Source: Sarea resinae (lineage: Eukaryota). Taken from it: a stretch of DNA of 64,000 bases. The notes beneath the pieces were generated by a model. The model ran no database searches, was not told the DNA's origin, and saw nothing but the letters and a program-made list of their open reading frames with translations. The stretch spans positions 186,001 through 250,000 of the forward strand of contig JAPEUD010000001.1 of assembly GCA_026026165.1 (NCBI GenBank), in the 5' to 3' direction. Both the position numbers and the translations under genes were made by a program. The number at the start of each line of letters is the position of its first letter. The first letter of the stretch is position 1. Of the stretch, positions 36,886 to 49,800 are shown piece after piece.

Positions 36886-37262
36886 ATGTCCCTCCAACCA
36901 TATGTAAACAGTACGTTTTCTTCTGTGCCATCAGTCCAAGGCTTCTTCAGTACCGCTACGAATCTCCAAGCTGACCCTGATACATTACAGAGAAAGTTCT
37001 TGTTCTTACAGCTGATGGGCGTACTTTGACCGGATTGTTACTGTCATGCGATCAACTCACGAACCTCGTCCTCAATCAGACCATCGAACGAGTGATACGC
37101 CCGGAAGACGACCCGGAGCCAAGCTCGGAAGTCAGTCATGGGCTGTATTTGATAAGAGGGGACAATGTTGCGGTCTGTGGATTAGTCGATGAAGAGCTTG
37201 ACGCGAGCATCGACTGGAGTCAGGTTCGAGGCCATGTCGTGGGTGGGGTGAAGCACACATAA
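36886..37262 (+). CDS. LSM8: U6 snRNA-associated Sm-like protein Lsm8; exons 36886-36910, 36991-37262
   Basis: MSLQPYVN|KKVLVLTADGRTLTG.L..CDQLTNLVL..GLYLIRGDNVAVCGLVDEELDASIDW; GTACGT...CTGAC...CAG intron. Confidence 0.95.
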
Positions 37263-40200
37263 GAGTGGATAAGGGTTCGAAGGTCTCCTTGGCGATGATG
37301 AAGCAAAGATTCGACGATCCAACACAATTTCGCGCGGTCCTAATGGAGATCTATATTTGCCGGCACTCTTTGGCGGGGAAATACCAGGGCGAGACGTGGA
37401 ATCGTCCGCTAGAAGGAATTCGACAGTCGACGCACTGTTCGATCTACGAGTGCGCGATTCTGTGTCGACCAGTGTTTTCATGGGCGTTTTTGGTGGCTAC
37501 AAGAGTATGTCCCTCATCAACGTCGCTCGGGGGAGCAATAGATAACAAACTTTACCCGAACTCGCAGAAGGATTCTTGTGTTCAGTTGTGTGAGCACATG
37601 CATGCAGAGGCATTGGCTGCGAAATCGGCGTTTCCAGAACCAAAAGCATTTCATGACTAGCTGAGAGCAAGGGACATTTGTATCTAGCTTGGACGCTCCC
37701 GCGTTTAGTAGCGGATCTGCGAATCATTTACGTCCAATGGCACTTCTGCCCTCCCAGTTGGCAAAGCCGGCCCTTCATACAGTGATGATAGGTTATCATG
37801 CTCGACTCCCGCTCGACTCCGACGAATCAGAATATGCTCAGCAAAATGAGATATAGATATGAAATATACCCTCTGGATGACGAGAGTGTCACGGTTGAGC
37901 TAGAAGTGATGTAAAAAAGTAGCTAACCCGAGGTCTCTCTTCCTCTTTTTCGGTCAGCCGAATACAAGCAAGTACTCGGAGTAGCTTGGCGCCAGACCAA
38001 CCACCGCGACAGCCTTACGACCGAGGGTCCAAGCATCTTACCGCTTCACATGGACGCAGATCAGACACATCAAGTTCAATGTCACGCGCCTCTTCTCCCT
38101 CTTGGACGAGCGGGATTTCAGGTCTCGAACGCCAAGGAGTCCGTTATGTGCCGTCGAGGATTACAGAAAAGGAAGCCGTAACAAGTCCCTAGGCCGTTTG
38201 AGATGGTCCCTTATGCCGATCGACACGGGGATGGTTACCTTGTGTGTGCGTGATGGCATGGTATGCAGTGCAGAGTACTCGGTATGGATGTAGCGTATCC
38301 GAGAGGGGGCAGAGCAGATGAGCCACAAGGTAGCAGTACTTGCTGTATCGTGGAGTCCTCGGCGTCGACATGGTACGAAGTACTGCTGAATGCTTCAGGA
38401 CGGCTCCCTGCCTGTCAAGGTGTGCTCTGCCTCAGTCTATTCCAAGACCCCGTATTGGACGTTACGGAGTGCTGGACTTTGCACGATGCACAATTGCATC
38501 GGAGCATCCAAAGAGAGCGCCAACAATAAAGTCGTGCTTGGCATCCATCTTCAAGCTTTCGCCGACTTCCTCTCGAAAAAACACGATACATAGTACATGG
38601 CAGCGCGGAGCAGCTGTAACACTGCCTTGCCCTGAAGGGCATAAGTGGCACGGGTCTGACCACAAGCCGGTGACGATTGAACTGCATTGAGCGTTGGTGC
38701 AGCCTGGCGTAGGGCAACTAAATCGTCCTAGTCCAGACAGGTCGCTTGATGCGACAGTCGTTTACGAGTGGTCGTCTGGGCGTCATTTCAACTCCGTTCT
38801 CACCTCGGGCACCTTGCGGCAATTGCCTGGTCGGGTACGGCTTCCATCTTCTTGTTCGTTGAGAGCAATGAAGATGGAAAGGTTCAACTCCAGTCGCTGA
38901 GCGGCATAATGACCATGAGTCGTTCTTACCAGATCATGGCTCTCCCTCTCTTCATGAGGTGCATCGTGTATCGTGATCGACATCGCCCCCACATAACCGT
39001 GCAGGTGCAGGTGAAAAGGGTACCTACTATGTACGGATCGCAGGATTCGGTACGAGCAATACATACTCCGTACACAAGAGGTGGGTACCTTACCGCATCC
39101 TTTAGGCTGGCCCCCATCTCAACTCCTATTCGCGCCAAGTACATACCGGTACCCCTTTTGTCCAAGGATCAGAAAAGATCCGGATCCCGTCACCAATAAC
39201 CCATCCATGTCTCTCTCCTGTCATCTTATTCAAGCGCCCCATACGACTTTTACTACGTAGAACTCCATACTCTACGAATGCATCCGGAGTACATAGTAGT
39301 AGGTAGCAGTCCGAGTATTATCACCAATTCCAGAAGACCCTGACATCCCGCCGGCGCCTGAATGCCACTAGTACGGAGTATGTAGGTCATACGAGGCAGC
39401 CACTGGCCGCTGTTGATCCCACCTCGACTTCAGAAATATCCGGAGCCAGCTGCAGCCGATCGCCAAGTCAATAGCAGGAAGGGCCTTTTGCTTCTGATTA
39501 TTAGGCTATCCCCCTCGAGGAGACTTCACCATCGTTTCGACCTCCTCCATCCTTTGCCTCGCGAGCGCACGGTTTCCCCAGATTTCGAAGTGCCTGGTCA
39601 GATATCCATTCTGCGCGTGTCCAATATTTCCATACCTTTCTGGTCCTCCGTACCTGCTCTAGTCACTTTCGAAAGTTACACTTGGGCCCGCCTATTCCTC
39701 GGCTTCTCCCGTCACTGGCACGGCAACCTGTTATATACGGGTTAGGGTACCGTATCGATCGATACTCCGGAGTACACTGCAGTAGAGTGGGGGATAGTTG
39801 TCTTCACCGTCTTCACCGTCTTCATTGTCGTCCTCGAAGTTCGGACCAAGTGAGAGCCGCCAGGTGTCTTGATCACAGCTGGATGAGGTGAGCAAGTCTT
39901 TGGATGGATTATTGATTTGCAGCCGAACTTCTGCATATTTACCTACCCGCCTTGCTCTCAGGTGGTAGAAGGTGCACACCGGAGTGTACCATCGACATCG
40001 TTTGGATCGCTGACGTGAGTTGTTGGTACGAGGCAGTGCCATTATTGAAACACCTCGAGAAAACTGTCCAATTTCCCTGGAACCACACCTCCGCCTTGGC
40101 GATCAAACATTACAACACCGTGCATTCCATCATTGCGGACTGGGCATCGCAAACCCTAGGGGACCCCAGAGGATCTCCGATCGTACTTTTGTATTCCTTC

Positions 40201-40418
40201 CTGGAGCTATTCAAGTCACGGCGTGCCCACGTACTACGCCTGAGCGATTACGTCCACTCCTTTCACAAGCCACGACGTCTTGCGTGCAAGAACTCCCCAC
40301 CACTCTTCCTAAATCAACGACGCAGCCATCCGTGGGATGCCATGTTGACTGACGCCTCATGCCTCGTCGCAACACTTAGGACCTCCAATTCCTAGGTTAT
40401 CAATCTATCATCGTCGCA

Positions 40419-41873
40419 ATGTCCCTCCTCAAGGGTATCCAGTCTGCCTTGTTCTATTATGTCTCGTGCGCACCATGCACGAAGAGCACTCATCGCCGCA
40501 AGCGAAAACAAGAAGCTCATCGTGCCCGCGAAGAGAAACGTACGCTTGAGATGGAGGAGCCTGGTGGTTTCCATCAACCCTATCCATTCTCGACCAACCA
40601 CTACTGGTCGTCTGAGATCATGCTCGGACCCGGCCCTCCACCTAGACGGACAGGAAAGGACAACAAACGCACTGGAAGCCAACGAATGATAACGACTGGC
40701 GATACTGAAAGCAGTATGGGTAGCAGTCCGATTGGCAGTTCGGCTGAAGGAAGCAGTTTGAACGAGCTGCACGAAACTGCAGACCAGAGACTAAGTGGGG
40801 ATGGCTGGAATCGCAGACGGTATCAGAGGGAGGATGAAGTGTTATGGGGCCATGACGTGAATCACCCCTCGCACGGCGAGCATGCGCACCATAGCAGAGA
40901 CAGCGGATCATCAGTGGGCTTGTCAGGTATCGGCAGGGCTGGGACCACTTTGTCTGAAGACTACTACCAGATCCGACCGCCACCCGTGAACGATCTTCAT
41001 CCTCCAATCGTTAGTGCTCAACCAGCGCATAAAGGCCAGATGAAGTGGATGTTGCAGCCGCCACCGAGCGCAAAGATTATGAGTGGGAAGGAGAGGTTGA
41101 CTAGGAGCAGGAGTGGAAGCATCAACAGTAGTCGGCGCGGCAGAGACCCCAATTTAGGGAAGAAGGTTGGCGAGCGATTGATGGAGGAGAAAGTGAAGAG
41201 GGGCCAGCTACCTCCCGGTAAAACATCAACGCCATTACCTCGCCGAATATCGCTGTCCAAGCAGTATGGAATGCCGATCCTAGATGGCATTGAGCATCTG
41301 TCATATGATCGGAACCGAGACTCATTGACTCTAACGGAATCAAGTTCTGAAGATGGGCTATCGAGAAAACACCGTCCCCCACCCATAATAGTATCGGACA
41401 AAAGCAGGAATCAAGCCAAGGTCGCTGTGCATGTACCGATGCAATCAGATTCTGATTTGCCGTTACGTCGCCCATCGACCAGGCCTGTGCTAACACCAAT
41501 TCCGTCTGATTCGATCGTAAACGATTCCAAGACTGGCGAGAAATCTCGGGAAAGAAGCCCATCATTGCCATCTCAAAGTTTAAGCGAACACCATGAGCAA
41601 AGGGCCAGACCACAAATGTCTTCCAACGACAGTGGAGGCTCATTGAAAGTTCTACAAGAGTTGGGATCTGACTCGGGCCTGAACTCTCGCTCCACCTCGC
41701 CTCTTCCAGAAGCCCGACTGGAATTACCTCCAACCAACGTTCCGGAAGATGTTGAGCTAGGCTTAACCCAGGTTGAATCGATTTTTCCGAACAAATACCG
41801 GTTCCCGGACACAGCATCGAAGCACGCAAAAGAGTCGGGAACGGTCATGGCGAGATGGAGCATGGATATATGA
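40419..41873 (+). CDS. Hypothetical protein, 484 aa, largely disordered and Ser/Arg-rich
   Basis: Long single-exon ATG ORF with conserved-looking blocks (FYYVSCAPC, QPYPFSTNHYW..EI.LGPGPP, WNRRRYQREDE.LWG, PPVNDLHPP, WMLQPPPSAKIM.GKE, RWSMDI); function not recognised. Confidence 0.8.
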   Translation: MSLLKGIQSALFYYVSCAPCTKSTHRRKRKQEAHRAREEKRTLEMEEPGGFHQPYPFSTNHYWSSEIMLGPGPPPRRTGKDNKRTGSQRMITTGDTESSMGSSPIGSSAEGSSLNELHETADQRLSGDGWNRRRYQREDEVLWGHDVNHPSHGEHAHHSRDSGSSVGLSGIGRAGTTLSEDYYQIRPPPVNDLHPPIVSAQPAHKGQMKWMLQPPPSAKIMSGKERLTRSRSGSINSSRRGRDPNLGKKVGERLMEEKVKRGQLPPGKTSTPLPRRISLSKQYGMPILDGIEHLSYDRNRDSLTLTESSSEDGLSRKHRPPPIIVSDKSRNQAKVAVHVPMQSDSDLPLRRPSTRPVLTPIPSDSIVNDSKTGEKSRERSPSLPSQSLSEHHEQRARPQMSSNDSGGSLKVLQELGSDSGLNSRSTSPLPEARLELPPTNVPEDVELGLTQVESIFPNKYRFPDTASKHAKESGTVMARWSMDI

Positions 41874-42794
41874 GCTCTCCAAAGTTTATGACCGTAGCTC
41901 TACACATTTTTTTCTCATATGTCATTACGCATCTTGGCCCCGGGTGGCTACAGACATCATTATCTTTGCTTTCTAAGCCTCTCAGGCCGAGGCTATGGGC
42001 TTGGTCCCTCTATTTATCATCTTGGCATTCTTGATCAATCTCTTTCTGTCTTTTTCTTTTCCAATTTTTGCTTGGGTTAGCGGAGGCGTTGGGCTTCTCT
42101 TCGGGTGGAGTTGACTGTCTTTATAATCTTTGGCGCCATGGGGAAAATGGGGGAGGCTCGACTGTGTTTCTTTGCCGGACACGCCTTGAACGAATTCGCT
42201 CTTTGAACTTTATCTTTCTTTGCCATCTATCCTTCTTATCACGGAGCAAACAGCCAATGCTGTTGAAGGCGTGACTGTCTTCTGGTCTCCCTCTATTATC
42301 TAGGGGACAGCGGAGGGTCCTAGCATCTATAGAATCATTAGATCGTATCGTCTAGGCTAGTCACGTTCTCAGAGACCGCTGTATCTCGAATAGAATAAAA
42401 TCGGAGTGAAAATTGTTGCATTCCTCATCTGCTGATGTCCTAGGACTAGTCGCTACTCAACTAGACTAATTACTGCGTATATGTTTGACCATGCATCTTT
42501 GCACATGGTGACATATCGGCAGCGGATGGGTAACGGCAGAGATATATGGAGCAACCTTTTGGTTTGCACTCAGTCTGCTGGTGGGGGGAAGCGAGGGGCC
42601 AAACAGTCGACGCTAGCGGCGGCAGTACCCGGTGGGGCATCACCAGGTGCTAATGACCTCAATAATCATTTGCATCGATATGAGCTTCAACTCGGAAAGA
42701 AAGCTCTGAACGTGATCCGGAAAAGATAGAATTGCATCTGGTTGTATCAATACGTTACTGCAATATACGACTCCAAGCTATTTCTATCATCAGC

Positions 42795-44464
42795 ATGGCG
42801 CCCCTGAACCGTATCATAATTGACACCGATCCGGTATGGTCCCGTTTCTGGTTTCCATCCAAAGTGTACGGCTCTGACCTTCCTCGAATTGCATAGGGTG
42901 TGGATGATATCCTGGCTATCCTCCTTGCTTTGTCTGCAACGTCTGAGGAGCTTGAAGTGCTATTGGTGTCAGTCACATTTGGAAACATTGATGTAGAAAA
43001 GTAAGGCTTGTTCACACAGGTATCGCGTCGGCATTCTGCTCATTCCTCTTTAGCGCTCTGCGCAATGCCGTGTCATTGTTCCACGTCTTGGACAAGGAAT
43101 TGCAATGGCGGAAAGAGCATGGCCGTCCAGAAGGCTTCGCCACGCTCAAATCGAGCAAGCCACTTATGGCCATCGGCGCTGACGAACCGTTGGGAGAACA
43201 GTTGATGATGGCAGATTACTTTCGTAGGTTCTTGACTTGCCTAATGGAGACCTATGAGGGTCGACTCCATGGCTAACGGCGATATTAAAAGATGGCAGTG
43301 ATGGACTTGGTGGCATCCATTCTACCGTATTGAGTCTGCTCTTGGAATGTTGGACATGGCTAAACAGCTTTACAGCACCCCCACCTTACTCCCGCCGAAA
43401 CATGGAAATCTCTTTTTTCTCATCGCCTCTCCTCTTCGACAGGTGCTGTTGATGCTGCCACTGCTGATGAACTCGCTAGTTCGTCTTTTACGCCGTCTCA
43501 AAATCCTGCACATAAGGAGATCTTGCGTTTACTGCGAGAGAATGAGAGGGATACAATTACTATCGTGGCCATTGGTCCTCTTACGAACCTAGCCTTGGCC
43601 TCCGCTGAGGACCCCGAGACTTTTCTCCGCGTGAAGGAGGTGGTAGTAATGGGTGGCGCTATTGACGTCGAAGGAAACGTACCTCCCCTTCATCCACCCC
43701 ATCCAAATCCAATCCGCCGGGCACTAAACAATCGCAACCAGATGACTCCTGTAGCTGAGTTCAACACCTACGCCGACAGTATCGCGTCCGCCAGGGTCTT
43801 TGCCCTCACATCGCCAATCCCTTCCAGCACAATGCCTCCGGCAGCACCGCACTCTGCTCAATCGTCCGATACCTCGCCAGACTCTTTACCTCCATACCCC
43901 TCTCCATTATCTCGACGACTTAATCTCACATTGTTCCCCCTTGATATCACCACTCCACATCTTCTCACGCGCGGACAGTTCCGGTCCACCATCTCACCCC
44001 TATTAGCAGCCGGCAGCCCGCTGGCTGAGTGGGTCAGCGTGTTCGCCGAGGCGACGTTCCGGAAAATTGAAACGCTCCAAGACGGCCAGGAGGGCAGTAA
44101 CGCTAGCCTGAGTCTACACGATCCACTCTGTGTCTGGTATATCCTCACACAGCTGAGCCCATCGTGGATGAAGAGCCCAGGTGGTCCCGAGGATATCAGG
44201 GTCGAAACATCGGGCCAATGGACTAGGTATCGAATCCGACCGTGGAGTAATTCTGACCTTGACTGATGATCGTTGCGTAGGGGAATGTGTGTAGTTGATC
44301 GGCGCAGTCGACGTAAGCGCCCAGATGATGGCGAAGGAGGCGAAGTCGCCGGCGATACGGGTAGCTGGCTGCATCCACGCAAAGGCAACCGAGTCTTCCG
44401 GATCGTAGCTACACCGGGTGAAGACAAGTTCGCGCCATATCTGCTGGATAGAATCTTTGGGTGA
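42795..44464 (+). CDS. Inosine/uridine-preferring nucleoside hydrolase family; exons 42795-42833, 42897-43000, 43054-43223, 43292-43326, 43376-43678, 43742-44226, 44281-44464
   Basis: IIIDTDP|GVDD signature, VSVTFGN, HGSDGLGG, GPLTNLA, VVMGGA, GN|MTPVAEFN, PLDIT, LHDPL; six phase-consistent introns. Confidence 0.93.
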
Positions 44465-44788
44465 AGCTAGAGGTGACCTGCCTAGAAGAATTGATAGTAC
44501 TTCGTACACCGTTTAAGTCTACACATGATATCCGGTAGCACTATGCTCAGGCGAACACATCAAATCTTGGGCACATAGGGGCAGTGCACAAGCCACGACT
44601 CCGGCCTGATGGCGTGGAGCGTCTCGACCTTCATCTCACGGGTCGCAGAAGTATGCGAAGGCGTTTGCTGCGTAGTCGAGCTATATCGTCGCTGGAGCGC
44701 GATACTTGGGTCCTGATAACTGCCTTGCCAGTCGGGTAATCAGAAATACTTCTCAAGCAGTAGCACTGTGGTGAAAGCCGGAGCGATG

Positions 44789-45572
44789 TCAAATCGTCGG
44801 ATCAAATCGTTTGCGCCAGGTAATATACTGGCCGGCATGAATGCCATTCTTTCTAGCGACTTGCAGTCTCGAATAAGCAGATAGGGAAACAGATATATCA
44901 TATGGAGCAGCTACATAGAACGTGGCTCCATGGAACGGCCGCCATCTACTCGGTCTACCACGTAGTAGTTGAGTGTCAGTCCACCAAGAGCAGTCCCCGT
45001 CTTCACATAATACTACTACTGAGGGGTTAAAGTCTTGGCTGCAGCGTGGAAGCCAGAAGTCGAGGACCGGGGGAACTTTGCGTGGTAAGGGTCGGGAAAG
45101 CGAGCAGTAGTATTGCGGTAGTGTCATCAGATCTAAAGAGAGTATTGATCTATGATCTGTCAACGATGGAATCGGTCGATATGTAATGTACGAAGTATCT
45201 TGCAGCGGACTGTTCCTCGCGTTCACGAAGACGATTGATTCTGCGCATTTCTCTTTCAGTCTTCATCGTTATCTCGTCTCCACCTGCCGGATACCTGAGG
45301 GGGCCAGAGGGCGGCTACGATGTTTCTTCTCCTAATGCGGCGAGGCGAAAAGGAGATGGAGATGGAGACATTTGGAAGAAAGGGAAGGTGCCAAACAGTC
45401 ATTATCATTATTAGGGAGTAGTGAGGTGGTTTGGTTGGGTCGGCACCGTTTCGGCAAATTATCGAATGAGATCGTGGAACGGGCGAGTCAGAGTAGCGGC
45501 TGGACGAGCGACGAAGTGCCGGTGACTTACCTGGGGGGGATTGAGAGAGGGACTGTGCAAGTACAGAGACAT
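44789..45572 (-). CDS. Candidate orphan gene (~176 aa); exons 45572-45531, 45331-45295, 45240-44789
   Basis: ATG exon ends CAG|GTAAGT; two GT-AG introns join it in frame to the otherwise GTG-started ORF 44789..45226; no family recognised. Confidence 0.4.
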
Positions 45573-45990
45573 GACCTGGAGGTAGTGGACCACTTGAAAC
45601 CACCTACCTCAGGGAGGGATCAAGTCTAGACCGGCAGTGTGTACTTAGGCGGCCCCCACGGCTCCGCCCTTGACGACGGAAGTACCTTACATTAGTTTTC
45701 CAGTGGGAGGTACCTCTTGGCGAGAATGCTGCAGGCTTGCTCTGTTCCCTTCAACGCATCATCACATCCATGCCAGTACTCCGTAAACAAAAGGTCAGGT
45801 CCGCGGTCCTAGAGAGCCAAAGGACAGAGTCAAAGCCGGCAGACCAGTGGCAAGTTATATGGCCCTGCTCGGGAGCACTGCGCAGTACTACGGAGAACCG
45901 CGTCATGATTGACGAGAGCGATCGTCTACTCTGGAGTAGTCGCTGCTGGGCCAGGACGCTATTTCCCGCCTGGGCCGGGGTCTGCGTTCA

Positions 45991-45999
45991 CACAGCCCC
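45991..45999 (-). promoter_or_regulatory. Putative Crz1/CrzA calcineurin-response element upstream of PMC1
   Basis: GGGGCTGTG on the minus strand (CACAGCC on plus) fits filamentous-fungal Crz1 consensus sites; PMC1 is an established Crz1 target; single site only. Confidence 0.45.
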
Positions 46000-46882
46000 A
46001 ATGCCAAGGCCGAGGCAAGCTCTCTGAAGGTTGCATCTCTTTCGTAGCCGTAAGACAGGCCATTCAAGTCGCTCATTGACGACCATTTCCACCCAACAGT
46101 TCAAGTGCCGTGGCGGATGCACAGCTCATTGCTCCCTGGCGAAGATCGCAGAAGGCGAAAAGTGTCCGGAGGCGAAAAAGTTCTCGACCTCGACTAGACG
46201 TCCCTCTGGTCTTCTTCCCCATCGTTGATGTTTCGATCCTAAAGGGGTAAGCGTCAAGCGTCAAGCCTCGAGCCTGAAGCGTCAATCATCCATCGTCCCG
46301 GCCTCGAACCTGCCCACCTGCTCTACGCCACCAGCGACGATTCAGAGAAACGTGTGAGAGGTAAGACGGATTCCTATCGGCTTGTCAGATCGATGCGGGG
46401 CTTAGCATCTGCCTGCGAATTCATGCTCTGGGGGCTCTCGCGGTCATCATCCTGAAGGTCCATTCCATTTGTTGTGTTGCGAAGCCTTGCCTCGACGCTT
46501 CAGGCCCGTGTCAGAACTACGACACCGAGAGAGATTTCCACAGAGCTAACTGCTTGGCAACAGGCGTTCATATAGCCTGCTCTCGTGTCATCTCCGCTCT
46601 TCATTGCACGGCCGAGTTTGTACCAAAAGCAAAGACTGTGACCAAAGCTGGGCATCAATGATCTCGTTACCGATCTGATATTGCACTGCCTCCTCCACCA
46701 GCACGCACACGAAACCGATGCTTCTCTACATGACGGGCCTATCAGACACTCACATCGTCCTCGCATACCTAGAGCATACGAAAACGGTCTCGGTCTCGGT
46801 CTCGAAATTTATGTTTTGAAGAAAACCTGCCTCGTACAACTCAAGCCTCGTTGCGCAATAGCGAGGCAGCAAGGCATTCCAG

Positions 46883-49800
46883 ATGGCTGACCCGCCACCG
46901 TCTGGCCCGGGGCCGGGCATATCTTCACCTTCAACTCCCGCTCGACGGCCACGAGCTCCGACCATCACAATTGATACCTCTGCTGTTCGTCCACCTCCAG
47001 AAATGGACAGTCCGATGCCCCTAAATACTCTTTCTGATGATGGGCGAAATCTGCAGGGTGACGCATCAAACGCACATCTCAGCAGTCCTCCGTCGAACAA
47101 CTTCTCGCTAGATGGACCTTCACCCCCGCCCAGACCAACCTCACCACAGAAGCTTGCTTCGCCAACCTCACGAGGAAACGACCATGCACCGCATAACTTT
47201 CTTTCCGTGCCTAACGCGCGATCAAGGGGTAATTCTTTCGACTCGGATGCGACCGGTCATTCGCCCACGTCGTATGGTGGAGAAACATTCATCCCTTCCC
47301 CGTCAACATCGTCTCGCGGTGACCTGTCACGAAACGCAAGTCAAACCCAGGACAATGGAGGCATCAGGGACGACGAAGAAGCGCTCAAACCAGATCCTGG
47401 AAACGAGGCCGACTTTGAAGTAGAGGATAACAAATTCGCCTTTACTCCCGGTCAACTTACGAAGCTTCTGAACCCAAAGAGCTTGGCTGCATTCTACGCG
47501 GTTGGTGGACTGGCCGGGCTCGAGAAAGGGCTGCGAACAGATAGGCGAAGCGGTTTAAGCTCAGATGAAGGTCGGCTTGATGGATATGTCTCTTTCGACG
47601 ACGCCAAGGTGGCTACCACCCACGATTCCCCTTCAAAAGGAGATGATCACCCGACACCGTCTGTCAATTATAATTCCAGCTCAGAGAACGACACGTCAGA
47701 GCACGGTGCGCTTTCAAAGGGCCACGGTAAAGACTCGTTTGCGGACCGGAAGCGGGTTTTCAAGGACAATGTTCTCCCAGAGAAAAAGGCTAAGAACATA
47801 TTCCAATTGGCGTGGATGGCATACAACGACAAGGTACTTATCATTCTTACCGTTGCGGCTGTCATCTCTCTTGCTTTGGGTCTCTACCAGACATTCGGCC
47901 AGCCAACCGTTGACGGGGAGCCTCACGTGGAATGGGTTGAGGGTGTCGCCATCATGGTTGCTATCATCATCGTTGTTGTGGTCGGGGCGGCCAACGATTG
48001 GCAAAAGGAACGCCAATTCGTCAAGTTGAACAAGAAGAAGCAGGATAGAGTGGTCAAGGTCGTCCGGTCAGGGAAGACGCAGGAGATCTCGATCTATGAT
48101 CTCCTCGTTGGCGATGTTATGCATCTCGAGCCAGGCGATATGATCCCGGTAGACGGGATCTTTATCGAAGGGCATAACGTGAAATGCGACGAATCTTCAG
48201 CGACCGGCGAATCGGACTTACTCAAGAAACACCCTGGAGAAGATGTGTTCCGGGCAATAGAGGATAATGCAGATGTGCGCAAAATGGATCCGTTTATCAT
48301 ATCCGGCGGAAAGGTGACAGAGGGTATCGGTACATTCCTAGTCACCGCGACCGGCGTCCACTCCAGCTATGGAAAGACGATGATGTCTCTTCGGGATGAA
48401 GCTGAGACTACGCCTCTACAATCGAAGCTCAACACGCTGGCAGAATACATAGCCAAGCTTGGTGGAGCCGCTGCTCTACTGCTCTTTGTCGTCCTTTTCA
48501 TCAAGTTTCTTGCGAAGTTGCATGGAAGTCACGATACGCCGTCTCAGAAGGGTCAAAATTTCCTTCAAATCCTGATCGTGGCGATCACTATCGTCGTCGT
48601 CGCTGTCCCCGAGGGTTTACCGCTCGCCGTCACTTTGGCCTTGGCTTTTGCTACCACAAGAATGCTGAAAGATAATAATTTGGTCCGGCTGCTACGAGCG
48701 TGCGAGACAATGGGAAATGCAACCAGTGTTTGCTCCGACAAGACTGGTACACTTACGCAGAACAAGATGTCTGTCGTGGCTGGGGCTATCGGCACTGCAT
48801 TTCGATTTGGTGACAAAAAGCTTCCCAACGGCAACACCGCAGAGGATGCTGCAGCGGCGAAAGGCAAACAGTCCACTACAGATCAGGATGCTTCTGGCGA
48901 CATAACTGCTGGCGAGTTCGTCTCTTCTCTTTGCAAAGACGTTCAGAATCTTCTCCAGCAATCAATTGCCATTAATTCTACGGCATTCGAAGGGGAGGAG
49001 GACGGGAATCAGACATTTATTGGTTCGAAGACCGAGACTTCACTCTTGAGCTTTGCTCGAGAGAATCTGGGGATGGGACCCGTCAGCATCGAACGGGATA
49101 ATGCAAAGATCGTGCAATTGGTTCCCTTCGACTCTGGCCGAAAGTGCATGGCTGTTGTCGTCAAGCTCGATAATGGAACCTTTAGGATGTACGTGAAAGG
49201 CGCGTCGGAGATTCTCCTCGACCGATGCACCGAGATCATACGCGACCCTAGCACGGACTTGTCGACCACTCGCCTTACACACGATAATATTGAATCCCTG
49301 AGCAATATCATCACTACATATGCCTCGCGCTCTCTGCGAACGATCACACTTACGTATAGGGATTTCAAGAACTGGCCGCCGAGAGGCGCTCGTACCCAGG
49401 ACGACGATTATCATCAGGCTGTCTTTGAAGATGTGAACAGAGAGATGGTATTCCTTGGCGTCGTTGGCATTCAAGACCCCCTTCGGGAGGGTGTACCTGA
49501 AGCTGTCGCTACTTGCCAAAAGGCTGGAGTCTTTGTTCGCATGGTTACTGGTGATAATGTTCTGACTGCTCGAGCCATCGCCGAGGAATGTGGTATCTAC
49601 ACTGCTGGTGGGATCATCATGGAGGGACCAGAATTCAGGAAGCTGAGTAGGACAAAGATGGATCAAATCATTCCTCGCTTGCAGGTACTGGCTAGGTCCA
49701 GCCCCGAGGATAAGCGCATCCTTGTGAAGCGATTGAAGGAACTAGGAGAGACAGTAGCTGTCACAGGTGATGGTACCAACGATGCACCAGCTTTGAAGAC

